Source: Leptolyngbya sp. SIO4C1
GTDB taxonomy: Bacteria; Cyanobacteriota; Cyanobacteriia; Phormidesmidales; Phormidesmidaceae
DNA: 46,112 bases
Direction of reading: 5' to 3'
Assembly: GCA_010671975.1 (NCBI GenBank)
Contig: JAAHIA010000007.1
Location: 1-46,112 of the forward strand
Shown here: piece by piece, positions 26,065 through 35,045 of the stretch
Position numbering within the stretch: the first letter of the stretch is position 1
Layout: each line of letters begins with the position of its first letter
Translations under genes and position numbers: made by a program
Notes under the pieces: generated by a model
Databases searched by the model: none
The model's input: the letters and a program-made list of their open reading frames with translations, nothing else
Told to the model about the DNA's origin: nothing

Positions 26065-26108
26065 TGCCTATTCTCCTAAGTCGCCCTCGTAAACTATCGC
26101 AACACCTA

Positions 26109-26690
26109 TCAAGGCTCTACCTCATTGCCTCCCATGCGTCTTTGTCTTAGGGCATTTGTAGTTTGCAGCTCAGCCTGTAACTCTGCTTGATAAAGCATCA
26201 CCGCTCGCTGCTGACCTCGGGCTACGGCAGCTTTCAGATCCGCTTGCGATAGATTTCCCTCAGCGGCATTAACCTGGTCGATTAAACCTTCAAGGCTCTG
26301 GAGCTGCTGAGCGACGGCTAGCTCGATATCTGTGGTTTGCGTTTGACGCAGCGCTAGGACATTACCGACTTCCTCGGGCATTAACTCACCTTCAATCACC
26401 CCGGCACCGGCCCACTCCTGAGAGTAGCGAGATTTAGCATCGAGCACCCACTGCTTGCGATCGCGTTTCTCAACTTGAGCAAATTCATCAAACAACGTGC
26501 GGGCCAGCTCGGAATAACCCCGCTCATCCTTCAGTAGACCGGCGGGGGCGACCTGATTGATCCAATCAAACCAGCGCGTTCGCACAGTTGACTCAGCTAC
26601 ATTGTGCGTCTGTGCGATCTGCTGTGCGGAGTAGTGCACGGCTACGTGCGCTCGGATGTCCGCTAAGGTGCGCGGATCTGTACTATTCAT
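26109..26690 (-). CDS. Module B gene 1: HTH plus coiled-coil protein (paralog of 18452..19024).
   Basis: 193 aa. See module A. Confidence 0.5.
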   Translation of the reverse strand: MNSTDPRTLADIRAHVAVHYSAQQIAQTHNVAESTVRTRWFDWINQVAPAGLLKDERGYSELARTLFDEFAQVEKRDRKQWVLDAKSRYSQEWAGAGVIEGELMPEEVGNVLALRQTQTTDIELAVAQQLQSLEGLIDQVNAAEGNLSQADLKAAVARGQQRAVMLYQAELQAELQTTNALRQRRMGGNEVEP

Positions 26691-26794
26691 AAGTTGAATC
26701 CTTGACTGATAAGGGTTTCAGCGTGTGAGCCCTATGCACGCCCGTTGTGCTCGAACCGTGCGAACAGATGTGCGGCTCACGCACAAATAGTACA

Positions 26795-27056
26795 CCATTA
26801 TCGATTAATCAATTACTCAGCTAACCGCTTAATCGATTAATCAGAATGTTATAATGCTTTCATAGCGATAGTTACAGCTCTCATTTTTATTTCTAAATTT
26901 TGATTAATCGGCAAATCGATTAATCGCTTAAGCAATTGAGTGAGCGCGCTTTGTATGGCTTGCCTGCTGTTAAATAGCTCTGCCAGAGCAGAGTCGCAGT
27001 CAATTCGCGACTACCTACCCATCTATTTCGATTAACTGCTTAATTGCTTAATCAGC
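26795..27056. promoter_or_regulatory. Cluster of CGATTAATC / TTAATCGATTAA palindromic motifs, a candidate partition site or operator.
   Basis: Copies at about 26802, 26834 and 26917, with degenerate copies at 26901 and 27027..27055. The cluster lies directly downstream of the par operon. Confidence 0.5.
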
Positions 27057-27320
27057 TATCCATTTTTCTAGAAGCTCAGTTATCAGGTCGCTGAAATCTC
27101 CGCTATGCCTGACCAGCTTAATCTTGACCTCCTCATTCAAAGCCTTCGGAATGTAGGCCCCGACCTGAATGTAATTAGGATCTGATCGCTTACCTGTCTT
27201 CTTACGTTTTTTCGAAGATGATGCAGTAGATTCTGCTGCCTTTTTCAGGTCTGGCTGCTGTTCGTACGACTCAGCCAGATTACTGAACATATCAGCCACA
27301 TCCTTTTTAACCTTAGCCAT
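27048..27320 (-). CDS. Small RHH centromere-binding protein (ParG-like, putative).
   Basis: 90 aa, overlapping the parA stop. The C-terminus YIPKALNEEVKIKLVRHSGDFSDLITELLEKWI is RHH-like. Confidence 0.5.
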   Translation of the reverse strand: MAKVKKDVADMFSNLAESYEQQPDLKKAAESTASSSKKRKKTGKRSDPNYIQVGAYIPKALNEEVKIKLVRHSGDFSDLITELLEKWIAD

Positions 27321-27909
27321 AGGTTTCTAGCTCCTTCCCAAGCGCTTGATATTCACCCCAGGCGATGCGGCCAAACCGATCGCCAGACTCATAGACCGGC
27401 ACTCCCTGTAGAGCCGCCTTCTCATAGGCAGTCAATCGCCTGATTTGCTGCTTGACCACTGTAACGTTTAAGCGCTTAAGCGTTGCTCTAGCGGCATCAG
27501 CAGTTGCCTTTTTTCGACTATCTACCATTGTCAGCAGCACTGCATAATCGCTTAACTGATTAAGCATTTTGACGGTTCCTAGCAGTGCTTCAAGGGCTAA
27601 GGCATCCGGCGTTGTCGGCAGCAGCAGTAAGTCACAGCCCGAGGCGAGTTCTTCGAGCTGGTTATGGTCTGGATGAGCTTCGGTATCAATAATGATGTGG
27701 TCTTTCCCGCGAGACGCTTTAGCGGCACCCATTAAGTCACAAACGGCAAACGGTAGGTTTCCTCGCTTGCTCCAGTTCAAGCTAGAGCGGTTGGGGTCGC
27801 CATCCACTAGCAGCGTATCCGGCGACGATTGGGCGAAGTAGCAGGCCAAATGTACGGCTGTAGTCGTCTTTCCCACGCCTCCCTTGAACCCCGCAATAGT
27901 AATGATCAT
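27313..27909 (-). CDS. parA: ParA-family partition ATPase (small type).
   Basis: The deviant Walker A is MIITIAGFKGGVGKTTTAVHLA. The 198-aa length is typical of small plasmid ParA proteins. Confidence 0.85.
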   Translation of the reverse strand: MIITIAGFKGGVGKTTTAVHLACYFAQSSPDTLLVDGDPNRSSLNWSKRGNLPFAVCDLMGAAKASRGKDHIIIDTEAHPDHNQLEELASGCDLLLLPTTPDALALEALLGTVKMLNQLSDYAVLLTMVDSRKKATADAARATLKRLNVTVVKQQIRRLTAYEKAALQGVPVYESGDRFGRIAWGEYQALGKELETYG

Positions 27910-27989
27910 CTGCTTATTCGGTTGACTGGTTAAGCGGATGATTATCGATATAACCTAACCGCCTTGACTCCATGAGCATACTTGAATCT

Positions 27990-28025
27990 TGGTCGATTAT
28001 CTGGTTAATCGCTTAATCGATTGGG
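27990..28025. promoter_or_regulatory. Second set of TTAATCG motifs upstream of parA.
   Basis: GGTCGATTATCTGGTTAATCGCTTAATCGATTGG has the same motif family as 26795..27056. Confidence 0.45.
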
Positions 28026-28253
28026 GTTGTGAACTTTTGCGATCGCGCACGCGCTGACTTGTCAGTTCGCATTTCCGATCTGCTCACCGAAAGCGGGCTC
28101 AGGCAATACTTAAGGAGCTTAGTCAGGGGTATAACTGACTGGCAGGCGTAAAAGGGTTTTCAGGAAGTTTTCGAGCTTCCCGGTATCTTCTCGATACTTC
28201 CTTGCTGTGAAGCTCATCAGCCGACTGCACTTACCACAAACGGAGATACCCCC

Positions 28254-28430
28254 ATGCAGCTCACCTATCGCGGCGCTCGCTACACCTCCCAGCCTCAATC
28301 CATTCAGACCGCAGCCAGCCAGGAAGAAGGCGTTTTCCTCGGCACTCGCTTCCAACTCTCAATTCCTCACGCGACTCCGGCTCACCGTTCACAGCAGCTC
28401 AAGTATCGCGGCGTGGTTTATACCGCCTAA
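28254..28430 (+). CDS. DUF4278-family small protein.
   Basis: My translation is MQLTYRGARYTSQ...LKYRGVVYTA (58 aa, below the ORF-track cutoff). The two YRG..Y motifs are characteristic of this cyanobacterial family. Confidence 0.65.
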   Translation: MQLTYRGARYTSQPQSIQTAASQEEGVFLGTRFQLSIPHATPAHRSQQLKYRGVVYTA

Positions 28431-28817
28431 GCAACGACATCTCCTCTCTCAACAGCACACACAGCAAAAACGTTACTTGCCCTCGGCTCAGGCTGAGGGC
28501 TTTTCTTATGCAACCGTACAGCCTGTGTCTCAGAACACGCCTCAGCAGTGATCTAGCCTGCCGCCAATCTAATTCACCACTTATAGGATGAAATCATTCG
28601 AACTTAATATATGAAACCCGAAGCCCTAGCCAGTTCTGGTTGGGGCTTCTTATTGTTTCGTCAGAGCAGATAGCTTGTGACACTCATCACTACTGTCACT
28701 CAGCTATTCTCAGAAACCCCTTAAGCAAGCTTCAGATAGCGGTCAGATGACTCTCAGGTGGCACCGGCATTCTTGTAATCAATGAAGCGAAACCACTGAT
28801 TTACAAGGAGCTACCTC

Positions 28818-29342
28818 ATGAAACGCCATTTCTTTACCGCCCTCGCACTGACCGTTGCTACTGTTGCGATCGCACCCACTACCAAGGCCGCTGAATTTGA
28901 ACCCAACATGACGCAGCAAAGCCGCTATGAAGTGCTTGATCGCGGTGGCTCGAAAGCTATCGAAGATATTCAAACAGCCCGCCTAGAGCATTTGGATAAC
29001 CAAACTAAAGCTGTTGAGGATATCCAGGCCGTTCGCCTCGAAGCCTTGGACAGCCGCAGCAAAGGTAACGTCCACACGCTGCGTCTTGAGCATTTGGACA
29101 ATCAATCCAAGGCCATCGAAGATATCCAAGCCGCTCGTTTGGAACACCTCGATAATCAGACCAAGGCGGTCGAGGACATTCAAGCGACTCGCCTAGAGCA
29201 TCTAAACAACCAGAGTAAAGCCGTTGAGAATATTCAATCAGCCCGGCTAGAACATTTAGACAACCAAACCAAGGCAGTCGAAGATATTCAAGCCACCCGA
29301 CTGGATGAGTTAGATAGCCGCAGCAAAGCCGCCGTTCAGTAA
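28818..29342 (+). CDS. Secreted protein built of 18-aa repeats.
   Basis: A signal peptide (MKRHFFTALALTVATVAIAPTTKA) is followed by about 8 repeats of RLEHLDNQ(T/S)KAVEDIQA(T/A). Confidence 0.6.
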   Translation: MKRHFFTALALTVATVAIAPTTKAAEFEPNMTQQSRYEVLDRGGSKAIEDIQTARLEHLDNQTKAVEDIQAVRLEALDSRSKGNVHTLRLEHLDNQSKAIEDIQAARLEHLDNQTKAVEDIQATRLEHLNNQSKAVENIQSARLEHLDNQTKAVEDIQATRLDELDSRSKAAVQ

Positions 29343-29381
29343 TCAGCGAAACATCCTTCCTCACTGAGGTGAGTCTTAAAT

Positions 29382-29416
29382 CCAATGCTGAGTCAGCACG
29401 ATTGACTCAGCATTGG
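29382..29416 (+). terminator. Hairpin downstream of the repeat-protein gene.
   Basis: A perfect 14-bp stem: CCAATGCTGAGTCA (29382..29395) pairs with TGACTCAGCATTGG (29403..29416), with a 7-nt loop. There is no clear U-tract. Confidence 0.5.
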
Positions 29417-29604
29417 GCTATCTAAAGTTTGGGGCAACGCTAAGCTTCTTGGTTCAGGCTTCATTCATCGGTGCCCTTTTCCCTACAATGCTTTTCTTTT
29501 GTCGCTGCTACAGACATTGGCTATAATCGAGCAGCAGAACTCCATGTGTGGCAAATGATCAGCGCTATTTTGCTCTGATCTCCTAAAACCAAAGGAGTTA
29601 ACAC

Positions 29605-29754
29605 ATGGTCAAAACCATACAACAGATAGCGCCCATACTCATGTTGCTATCCTTCCTTAGTGGAGGTATCGCTTACAAGAACGGGCAGACAGAGTTAGTG
29701 CTTTGGCTGTCTGGTCAACCACATGAGTCCCAACTTCCCGCATTAGATAAATAA
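29605..29754 (+). CDS. Small (49-aa) membrane protein candidate.
   Basis: AAAGGAG lies 7 nt upstream of the ATG. The translation is MVKTIQQIAPILMLLSFLSGGIAYKNGQTELVLWLSGQPHESQLPALDK. It is below the ORF-track cutoff. Confidence 0.35.
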   Translation: MVKTIQQIAPILMLLSFLSGGIAYKNGQTELVLWLSGQPHESQLPALDK

Positions 29755-29796
29755 GTCGGGAGGCCACACGTGGAGTGCTGCACTTAACGCCTCTTC

Positions 29797-30336
29797 CTAA
29801 AGCATTGAGATCGCATCCTCGATCTGCTCAGGCTTTACTTCCAAATATCGACGCAGTACATCTAAACTGCGATGGCCGGATATCTCCTGCACCACTCGCA
29901 AAGGCACACCGGCATCGCTAAGCCTAGTCAAAGCTGTGCGGCGAAAGCTATGAGTGCTGAAGCCAGTGAAGCCTAGCCGATCGCACGCTAGCCTAAGCGC
30001 CTTATCCGCAGCCTGACGAGTAATCGGTTGACCTTTGCGACCCGCGAAGAGGTAGCCAGCTACTGGCAAACTAGCCTCTCTCAAAACAGTCCTGAGCTTA
30101 GGATGCATAGCCACCTCACGGGTTTCTGCTTCGCCCTTGGTTGTGCGCTTACGAAAAACCACGACATCATTCACCAGGTCTTCTGCCCGCAGCTGACGAG
30201 CCTCACTGATGCGGCAGCCGGTGTATCGGCAGATAGAAAATAGCGCTCGCATGTTTGGAGCCAGCTCGGCCATGACTGCTTCGAGCTGATCAGCAGTCCA
30301 AATTTCAGCCTGACCGTTGCGATCGCTCTTAGGCAT
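29797..30336 (-). CDS. Short tyrosine recombinase (catalytic domain only).
   Basis: 179 aa. YTGCRISEARQL, HSFRRTALTRL and GHRSLDVLRRYLE supply the R...HxxR...Y signature. Confidence 0.8.
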   Translation of the reverse strand: MPKSDRNGQAEIWTADQLEAVMAELAPNMRALFSICRYTGCRISEARQLRAEDLVNDVVVFRKRTTKGEAETREVAMHPKLRTVLREASLPVAGYLFAGRKGQPITRQAADKALRLACDRLGFTGFSTHSFRRTALTRLSDAGVPLRVVQEISGHRSLDVLRRYLEVKPEQIEDAISML

Positions 30337-30609
30337 CTAGATAATCGTCTTTTTGTACTCTGTCCATGCAAGTTGCTCTTTTCGAGCGAAGAGCAACTTA
30401 AGAATAACCAATTTTCAAGGCATTGCTCAAATCAGCCAAAAATTGGGCTTTATTATTGAGAAATGAGCCTCATTATTGCAACTGTCACAATCGCTAGACC
30501 GCAGTGCAAATCGGTGCTAGCCCGGTTAACGAAATTAACCAACTTTGGGCATAACGAAAGAGCAAAGCCCTGAGCTGGCATCCGTTATCCTGATTAACCT
30601 GGTTTACAA

Positions 30610-30822
30610 ATGAAGCAACCCTTAGTGGCTGGTCGTGTTCCCGCCTCCTGGCTGAAGCAGCTGGAGCAGATTCAGCAGGAAACTGGCAAGAATCAGAGTG
30701 AACTCGTTCGTGAGGCTATCGGCCAATATCTGGGTAAAACTGATCCAGAATCCATAGCATCGATGGCGCGACGACTGAGGAAGCTAGAGCAGCAATACAA
30801 GAAATTGGCGCAGTTAGTGTAA
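30610..30822 (+). CDS. Ribbon-helix-helix (CopG-like) protein.
   Basis: 70 aa. VAGRVPASWLKQLEQIQQETGKNQSELVREAIGQYL. Confidence 0.5.
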   Translation: MKQPLVAGRVPASWLKQLEQIQQETGKNQSELVREAIGQYLGKTDPESIASMARRLRKLEQQYKKLAQLV

Positions 30823-30857
30823 GGGGTAGTGTAATTACTGAGGGCTCACTGTCGCTC

Positions 30858-31391
30858 TCAAACCGCAATCGGCGGTGCTTGCTCGGCTACCTGCAGCACC
30901 CCCTTAGCCATATCCTGCGCCGCTATCTTCGCTAGCGCTTGCCAGTCGTCTGCGGTAAATAAAGTTGAGAATAGGGCAACAACTTGCGATCGCAGTGCCC
31001 TTTCTGCCATTGGCAAATGCTGATCGTCCTCCGCCACTAGCGCATCCAGCCATGCCTCCTGCTCTAGCGTTAGCTGCTTTAGATGTCGCCGCACCACTCG
31101 TCGTGCTTCAGTGTAAACCGCCTCAAAACTCAGACCCAGCCCCCAAGACTCTAGCCACTGGCATAGCTCTGGCATCAAGATCGACTGTATCCGCATCTGC
31201 CGCCGCATGGTTCTAATGGCTTCTGGCGACACTGATTTCAGAGCCTCAACATAGGGCCGCATCCTCGGACCAGCTTCGATCCAGCCATCATCTTCAGGAT
31301 CATCGATTTCATTGAGCCACTCGTCACCAACACACAGGTCCATCAGGTTACCTGTCTTAGCCAATTGCTCAGCAAGCTTTTGATCATCCAT
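30858..31391 (-). CDS. Hypothetical protein, paralog of 34451..34984.
   Basis: Both are 177 aa and share LAEQLAKTGNL.DL, GLGLSFEAVYTEA and IAAQDMAKGVL. Confidence 0.45.
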   Translation of the reverse strand: MDDQKLAEQLAKTGNLMDLCVGDEWLNEIDDPEDDGWIEAGPRMRPYVEALKSVSPEAIRTMRRQMRIQSILMPELCQWLESWGLGLSFEAVYTEARRVVRRHLKQLTLEQEAWLDALVAEDDQHLPMAERALRSQVVALFSTLFTADDWQALAKIAAQDMAKGVLQVAEQAPPIAV

Positions 31392-31418
31392 CGGCCAATG
31401 CCCTTATAAGTAAGTGAC

Positions 31419-32009
31419 TCACGGCTGAATAGCCCCGTACTCGAAGTATACCAAGCCATCTTTTTCTGGATCGGGACCGTAGTCGGGCATGTTCAGTCTA
31501 TGGTAGAACCTTTCAACAGCAGGTAACGAATGTAGCCCAATTCGACCACGATAGCCCAGTTCACCACTACGCTGACGGGCAAACAGCAACAGTAGACGAC
31601 CTATGCCTTTTATCCAAGGGGGTTGCTCTATATCAGCCCGATTCCACGGTGCTGAGGCAATCGCCTCGACATACACCAGCGGCCACCGCTGCGGCAGCTG
31701 CGAACGATGCCATTGGGTTTCGATAAAAATGAGCCCTTGGCTAAGACTATCCACATCTAGGGAGTAGGCTTCATAGCGCTCCTGCTGCTGAGACTGGTTC
31801 AGCTTGTAGTCCCATATCCATCCGGCATCAGGCTGATTGGCCACTCTGAGAATCGGCTTCCAAATGTCTTCGACATCCTCGAAGTGGCGCTGCTCCATCG
31901 GCACAATGAGCCCTTCTACGATCTGCCCACCACTGGTGATTAGCTGAATAGCTCTGACCATGACAACAAGCGAAGGCAAGACCCAGACAGAATCCAACTC
32001 AATCATCAT
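31419..32009 (-). CDS. GNAT-like acetyltransferase-fold protein (putative).
   Basis: VYVEAIASAPWNR...IKGIGRLLLLFARQRSGELGYRGRIGLHSLPAVERFY resembles the acetyl-CoA-binding core of GNAT proteins. Confidence 0.4.
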   Translation of the reverse strand: MMIELDSVWVLPSLVVMVRAIQLITSGGQIVEGLIVPMEQRHFEDVEDIWKPILRVANQPDAGWIWDYKLNQSQQQERYEAYSLDVDSLSQGLIFIETQWHRSQLPQRWPLVYVEAIASAPWNRADIEQPPWIKGIGRLLLLFARQRSGELGYRGRIGLHSLPAVERFYHRLNMPDYGPDPEKDGLVYFEYGAIQP

Positions 32010-32064
32010 AGGGCATTTGTATTACCGAAATGAGACAGAGGAGAATTAGATGGAGAGCCCCAAG

Positions 32065-32616
32065 TTATCTTGTCGCTGAGTCTGTAATCTGCTCTAATTC
32101 TTGTTGAGTTTGGGCTTGAGCGATCTGCCTTTCAGACGCTTTGGCTACGATCTCTTCAGTCCGTTGCCAGATCCTGAGCATCGTCACCGTATCGCTCTGA
32201 CCAGTTCGATAAGCAGACTCCATCACCGCCTGCTGAAGCTGCTGCGTTTCTAGCTGAGACGCCAACAGCGCCAGCTCTCTGTCTAAACGCTCATACGCCA
32301 GCACCAGCGCTACCACTTCACGGGCCAGCGCCTCGGCCACCGCCTCTCGCCGACGCACTAGGTCAGCTGCCTGAATTTCTAAATCTGCGATCGCAATCCT
32401 ATCGCGCTGCACATCGCCACCGCCCAGCACATTCTGCACCAGACGCAGCGGGTCTAGCGTAATGTAGTTCGTCCAGCGCCGCGCCTCGGCATAGTCGATG
32501 CGTTCCTGCATCAGCGCCAGACGCTGCTCAATCGCCTCAATCTCTGATGAATTCTGAATCGCCAGCTCGGTCAATGTCGTCAGGCATACCGTCGAGCTGT
32601 CTAGACATGGCAGCAT
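32065..32616 (-). CDS. Coiled-coil protein. The start is uncertain.
   Basis: The ORF-track version (to 32751) overlaps the upstream gene by 215 nt. An internal Met at 32616 is more plausible. No family recognised. Confidence 0.3.
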   Translation of the reverse strand: MLPCLDSSTVCLTTLTELAIQNSSEIEAIEQRLALMQERIDYAEARRWTNYITLDPLRLVQNVLGGGDVQRDRIAIADLEIQAADLVRRREAVAEALAREVVALVLAYERLDRELALLASQLETQQLQQAVMESAYRTGQSDTVTMLRIWQRTEEIVAKASERQIAQAQTQQELEQITDSATR

Positions 32617-33514
32617 CAGAGCCCTCACCGGCGCGGATAAGCAAAGTAACCTCAGCAGACAAAGTGCCATCAGCACTTTGCCCCAGCCATTTAACCCGCC
32701 GCACTCGACCCGCATAGGGCGCACGCACAACCGCCAACGTTGCCATTGCATTCTCTACCTCATCCAGCCTCAGCTGCGTCTGAGCTACCTGATATTCGCG
32801 ATCGCGCAGGCGCTGCTCATACTCTGCCCACTGCCGCTGATACGCTAGCGCCGCCTGGTTCGCTCGTTCGACTCGTTCTGCCACAGCTAGGGTGTGCTGA
32901 TAGTTGCGATAAGCCGTTTCACCTTGAGCGTTACCCAGGCGGCCAGTGGCGAGCTGGTAGTCACGGACGGTAGCAGTGTGGGCCTGCTGCAATTCGCTGA
33001 GCTGGGCCTGCTCATGCTCTAGGACGAGTGGGTCGAGATTGGGGAGCGATTTTAGATACTCAATTTCCTGCTGCTTTTGCTGTAGGGTGCGCTCGGCCTG
33101 CTCGACTGTGACTTTGGCCCGTTCGATAGCGGCCTCTTCTTCTAGATAGTTGGATGGTGGCAGCACTGCAATAGGCGGCACCTGCCCTGGCGACTGTGGG
33201 GGTGAGATATTGGCTGACTGCAATCGAGCCAGGGTGAGCTGTAGCTGTTGCTTCTGAGTTTCGAGGCGTTGACGTTCTCGGCCTCGGTCGGCAATCAGGT
33301 CACCGGCGGCGATGCGATCTCCTTCTTTGACTTTGAGGTCTTCGGGGTCGGCAACTGAGACACTGATAGTGAGGCGGCTGGGGGATTCTGCCGAAGAGGT
33401 TCCCTGCTGACGCTGTTCTAGAGGCGTAACAAAGCTAGGCTGCTGGGCGATTGCTACGCCACCCACAGCCACTAGCGCTAATCCGTAAAGAAGTAAAGCT
33501 CTGAGATGCATCAC
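32537..33514 (-). CDS. Secreted HlyD / membrane-fusion-like protein.
   Basis: A signal peptide, a lipoyl-like segment (KVKEGDRIAAGDLIADR), a long coiled coil, and VRAPYAGRVRRV near the C-terminus. Confidence 0.5.
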   Translation of the reverse strand: MMHLRALLLYGLALVAVGGVAIAQQPSFVTPLEQRQQGTSSAESPSRLTISVSVADPEDLKVKEGDRIAAGDLIADRGRERQRLETQKQQLQLTLARLQSANISPPQSPGQVPPIAVLPPSNYLEEEAAIERAKVTVEQAERTLQQKQQEIEYLKSLPNLDPLVLEHEQAQLSELQQAHTATVRDYQLATGRLGNAQGETAYRNYQHTLAVAERVERANQAALAYQRQWAEYEQRLRDREYQVAQTQLRLDEVENAMATLAVVRAPYAGRVRRVKWLGQSADGTLSAEVTLLIRAGEGSDAAMSRQLDGMPDDIDRAGDSEFIRD

Positions 33515-33590
33515 ATCTTTTCAGAAATCAAAGGAGCATCCCCATAATTCCCAAGACGTTTTGGTACCGCAGAACTAAGCTGCGAAACTT

Positions 33591-34088
33591 CTAATCACCG
33601 GGCTTTTTTAATAACAAAATTGATAACTCAAGCCCCGTTTTGGATAACCAGACTTGCTTGGATGTGCTCATGAATTCAGCATCATGTTCAAGCAATCCCC
33701 TAGAACGAAGATCTTTATAGGTTTCTCGAAGGCCAGGAACAATATTTTCTTTCTCCTGGCTCTGAGCTAATTGAATCAACACTCCTATCTGCCGAGTATT
33801 AAGTTGACTTAACAAGATACGTGCCCATGTAGGTAAATTGCCAATTTCATTGACTGGTAAGACTGTGCCATCTTTTAGAACAACTTCTAACTCACCGAAC
33901 TTTGCCTGTTTAGTATTACGAGCAGCTTCAAGCAAAAGAACATAGATCTGCCTTGTAAGCCCTACATATATCAGGCTAAGCGCAGCCAAAAAGGAGACGA
34001 TAGCAAGCATCTCCATCTCTCTCCATATTGCCACCCCCGAAATTGCCAGACAGATGACAATAGCGATATATCTTCGTAAATCCCTCAT
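33591..34088 (-). CDS. Hypothetical membrane protein.
   Basis: 165 aa with two N-terminal hydrophobic helices. It lies in a low-GC patch. Confidence 0.35.
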   Translation of the reverse strand: MRDLRRYIAIVICLAISGVAIWREMEMLAIVSFLAALSLIYVGLTRQIYVLLLEAARNTKQAKFGELEVVLKDGTVLPVNEIGNLPTWARILLSQLNTRQIGVLIQLAQSQEKENIVPGLRETYKDLRSRGLLEHDAEFMSTSKQVWLSKTGLELSILLLKKPGD

Positions 34089-34150
34089 CAGTTGATGTCC
34101 AGAGTTAGCAATGCATTCAACATCGCATCAATAGACACCGAACTCAAAAA

Positions 34151-34345
34151 TTACAGCACATTTTCATGAATCAGAGCTGTCACCACTTCCGTTACCCAAT
34201 GGTCAATGGGCAACGCGATCGCAACTTCCAGCTCACAATACTGCAACTCCACCGATTCACCCACTACCGTCACCGCTGGCAGTCGTCGGGGTAACGGCGT
34301 GGTCCTCACCTCCTCGGGGAAGTCCACAGTGATGGAACCTGACAC
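34151..34345 (-). pseudogene. Remnant of the C-terminal region of a YdjM-like protein paralog.
   Basis: SGSITVDFPEEV matches SGSITVDFPEEV near the C-terminus of the protein at 36553..37617. No corresponding N-terminal part is present. Confidence 0.5.
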
Positions 34346-34450
34346 ATAAATCTTAGCAGCCGGGTTTGCTATCCGCAGCGTCTGAGGCTGGGAACCACAT
34401 CCTCATCATTCAGCGTTATCGTCTGCGTTGTGCGAGTGATCGCCTTGCCG

Positions 34451-34984
34451 TTAGACAGCAGCAGAGGGCGCAGCTTTAACCTGCAGAAGGACACCTTTTG
34501 CCATATCCTGCGCAGCAATATTAGCTAGAGCCTGGTGGTCTTCAGGGGTGAGAAGGGCGGAAAGCATAGGGACGACCTGCGCTCTCACCTGGCGCTCGGC
34601 CACGGGTAGCCTTTGCTCGTCCTCCGCTAGGAGCGCGTTCATCCAGTCGGTCTGCTCTGGGGTAAGTTCCTTTATGTGCTGATAGACCCGCTGCTTAGCC
34701 TCAGTGTAGACAGCCTCAAAGCTGAGGCCCAAGTTCCAGGACTGAAGCCAAGTTTTCAGCTCAGGCCAGAGAATCGACAGCAGCCGCACGTACCACCGCT
34801 GGAGACGGTAGGCTTCGACGGGAACCTGGTCGAGCTGCTCGACGTAGGCTTTGAGGTCTAATCCTGCTTCGATAGAGCCATCCCAGTCATCGGCCTGGCC
34901 CCAAGGGTCAGCGTTGAGCAGGTCGAGAAGATTTCCTGTTTTGGCAAGTTGTTGGGCTAGGGCTTGCTCATCCATAGGGTTCAC
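34451..34984 (-). CDS. Hypothetical protein, paralog of 30858..31391.
   Basis: See 30858..31391. Confidence 0.45.
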   Translation of the reverse strand: MNPMDEQALAQQLAKTGNLLDLLNADPWGQADDWDGSIEAGLDLKAYVEQLDQVPVEAYRLQRWYVRLLSILWPELKTWLQSWNLGLSFEAVYTEAKQRVYQHIKELTPEQTDWMNALLAEDEQRLPVAERQVRAQVVPMLSALLTPEDHQALANIAAQDMAKGVLLQVKAAPSAAV

Positions 34985-35045
34985 CGAGCGCGTGAAGCTG
35001 AGTACTCGATTGAGGCAGAGGTAGGCAAATCTCTACGCACGCGAT

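Noticed and set aside
28207-28551. A 114-aa + strand ORF, plus 28119..28355 on the minus strand.
   Set aside because: Another frame of the same region encodes a textbook DUF4278 protein (28254..28430). The longer ORFs have low-complexity Pro/Ser/Gln-rich composition.
32617-32751. The 5' 135 nt of the ORF at 32065..32751.
   Set aside because: It overlaps the 3' end of the HlyD-like gene by 215 nt and has a Cys/Arg/Trp-rich composition. An internal start is more plausible.
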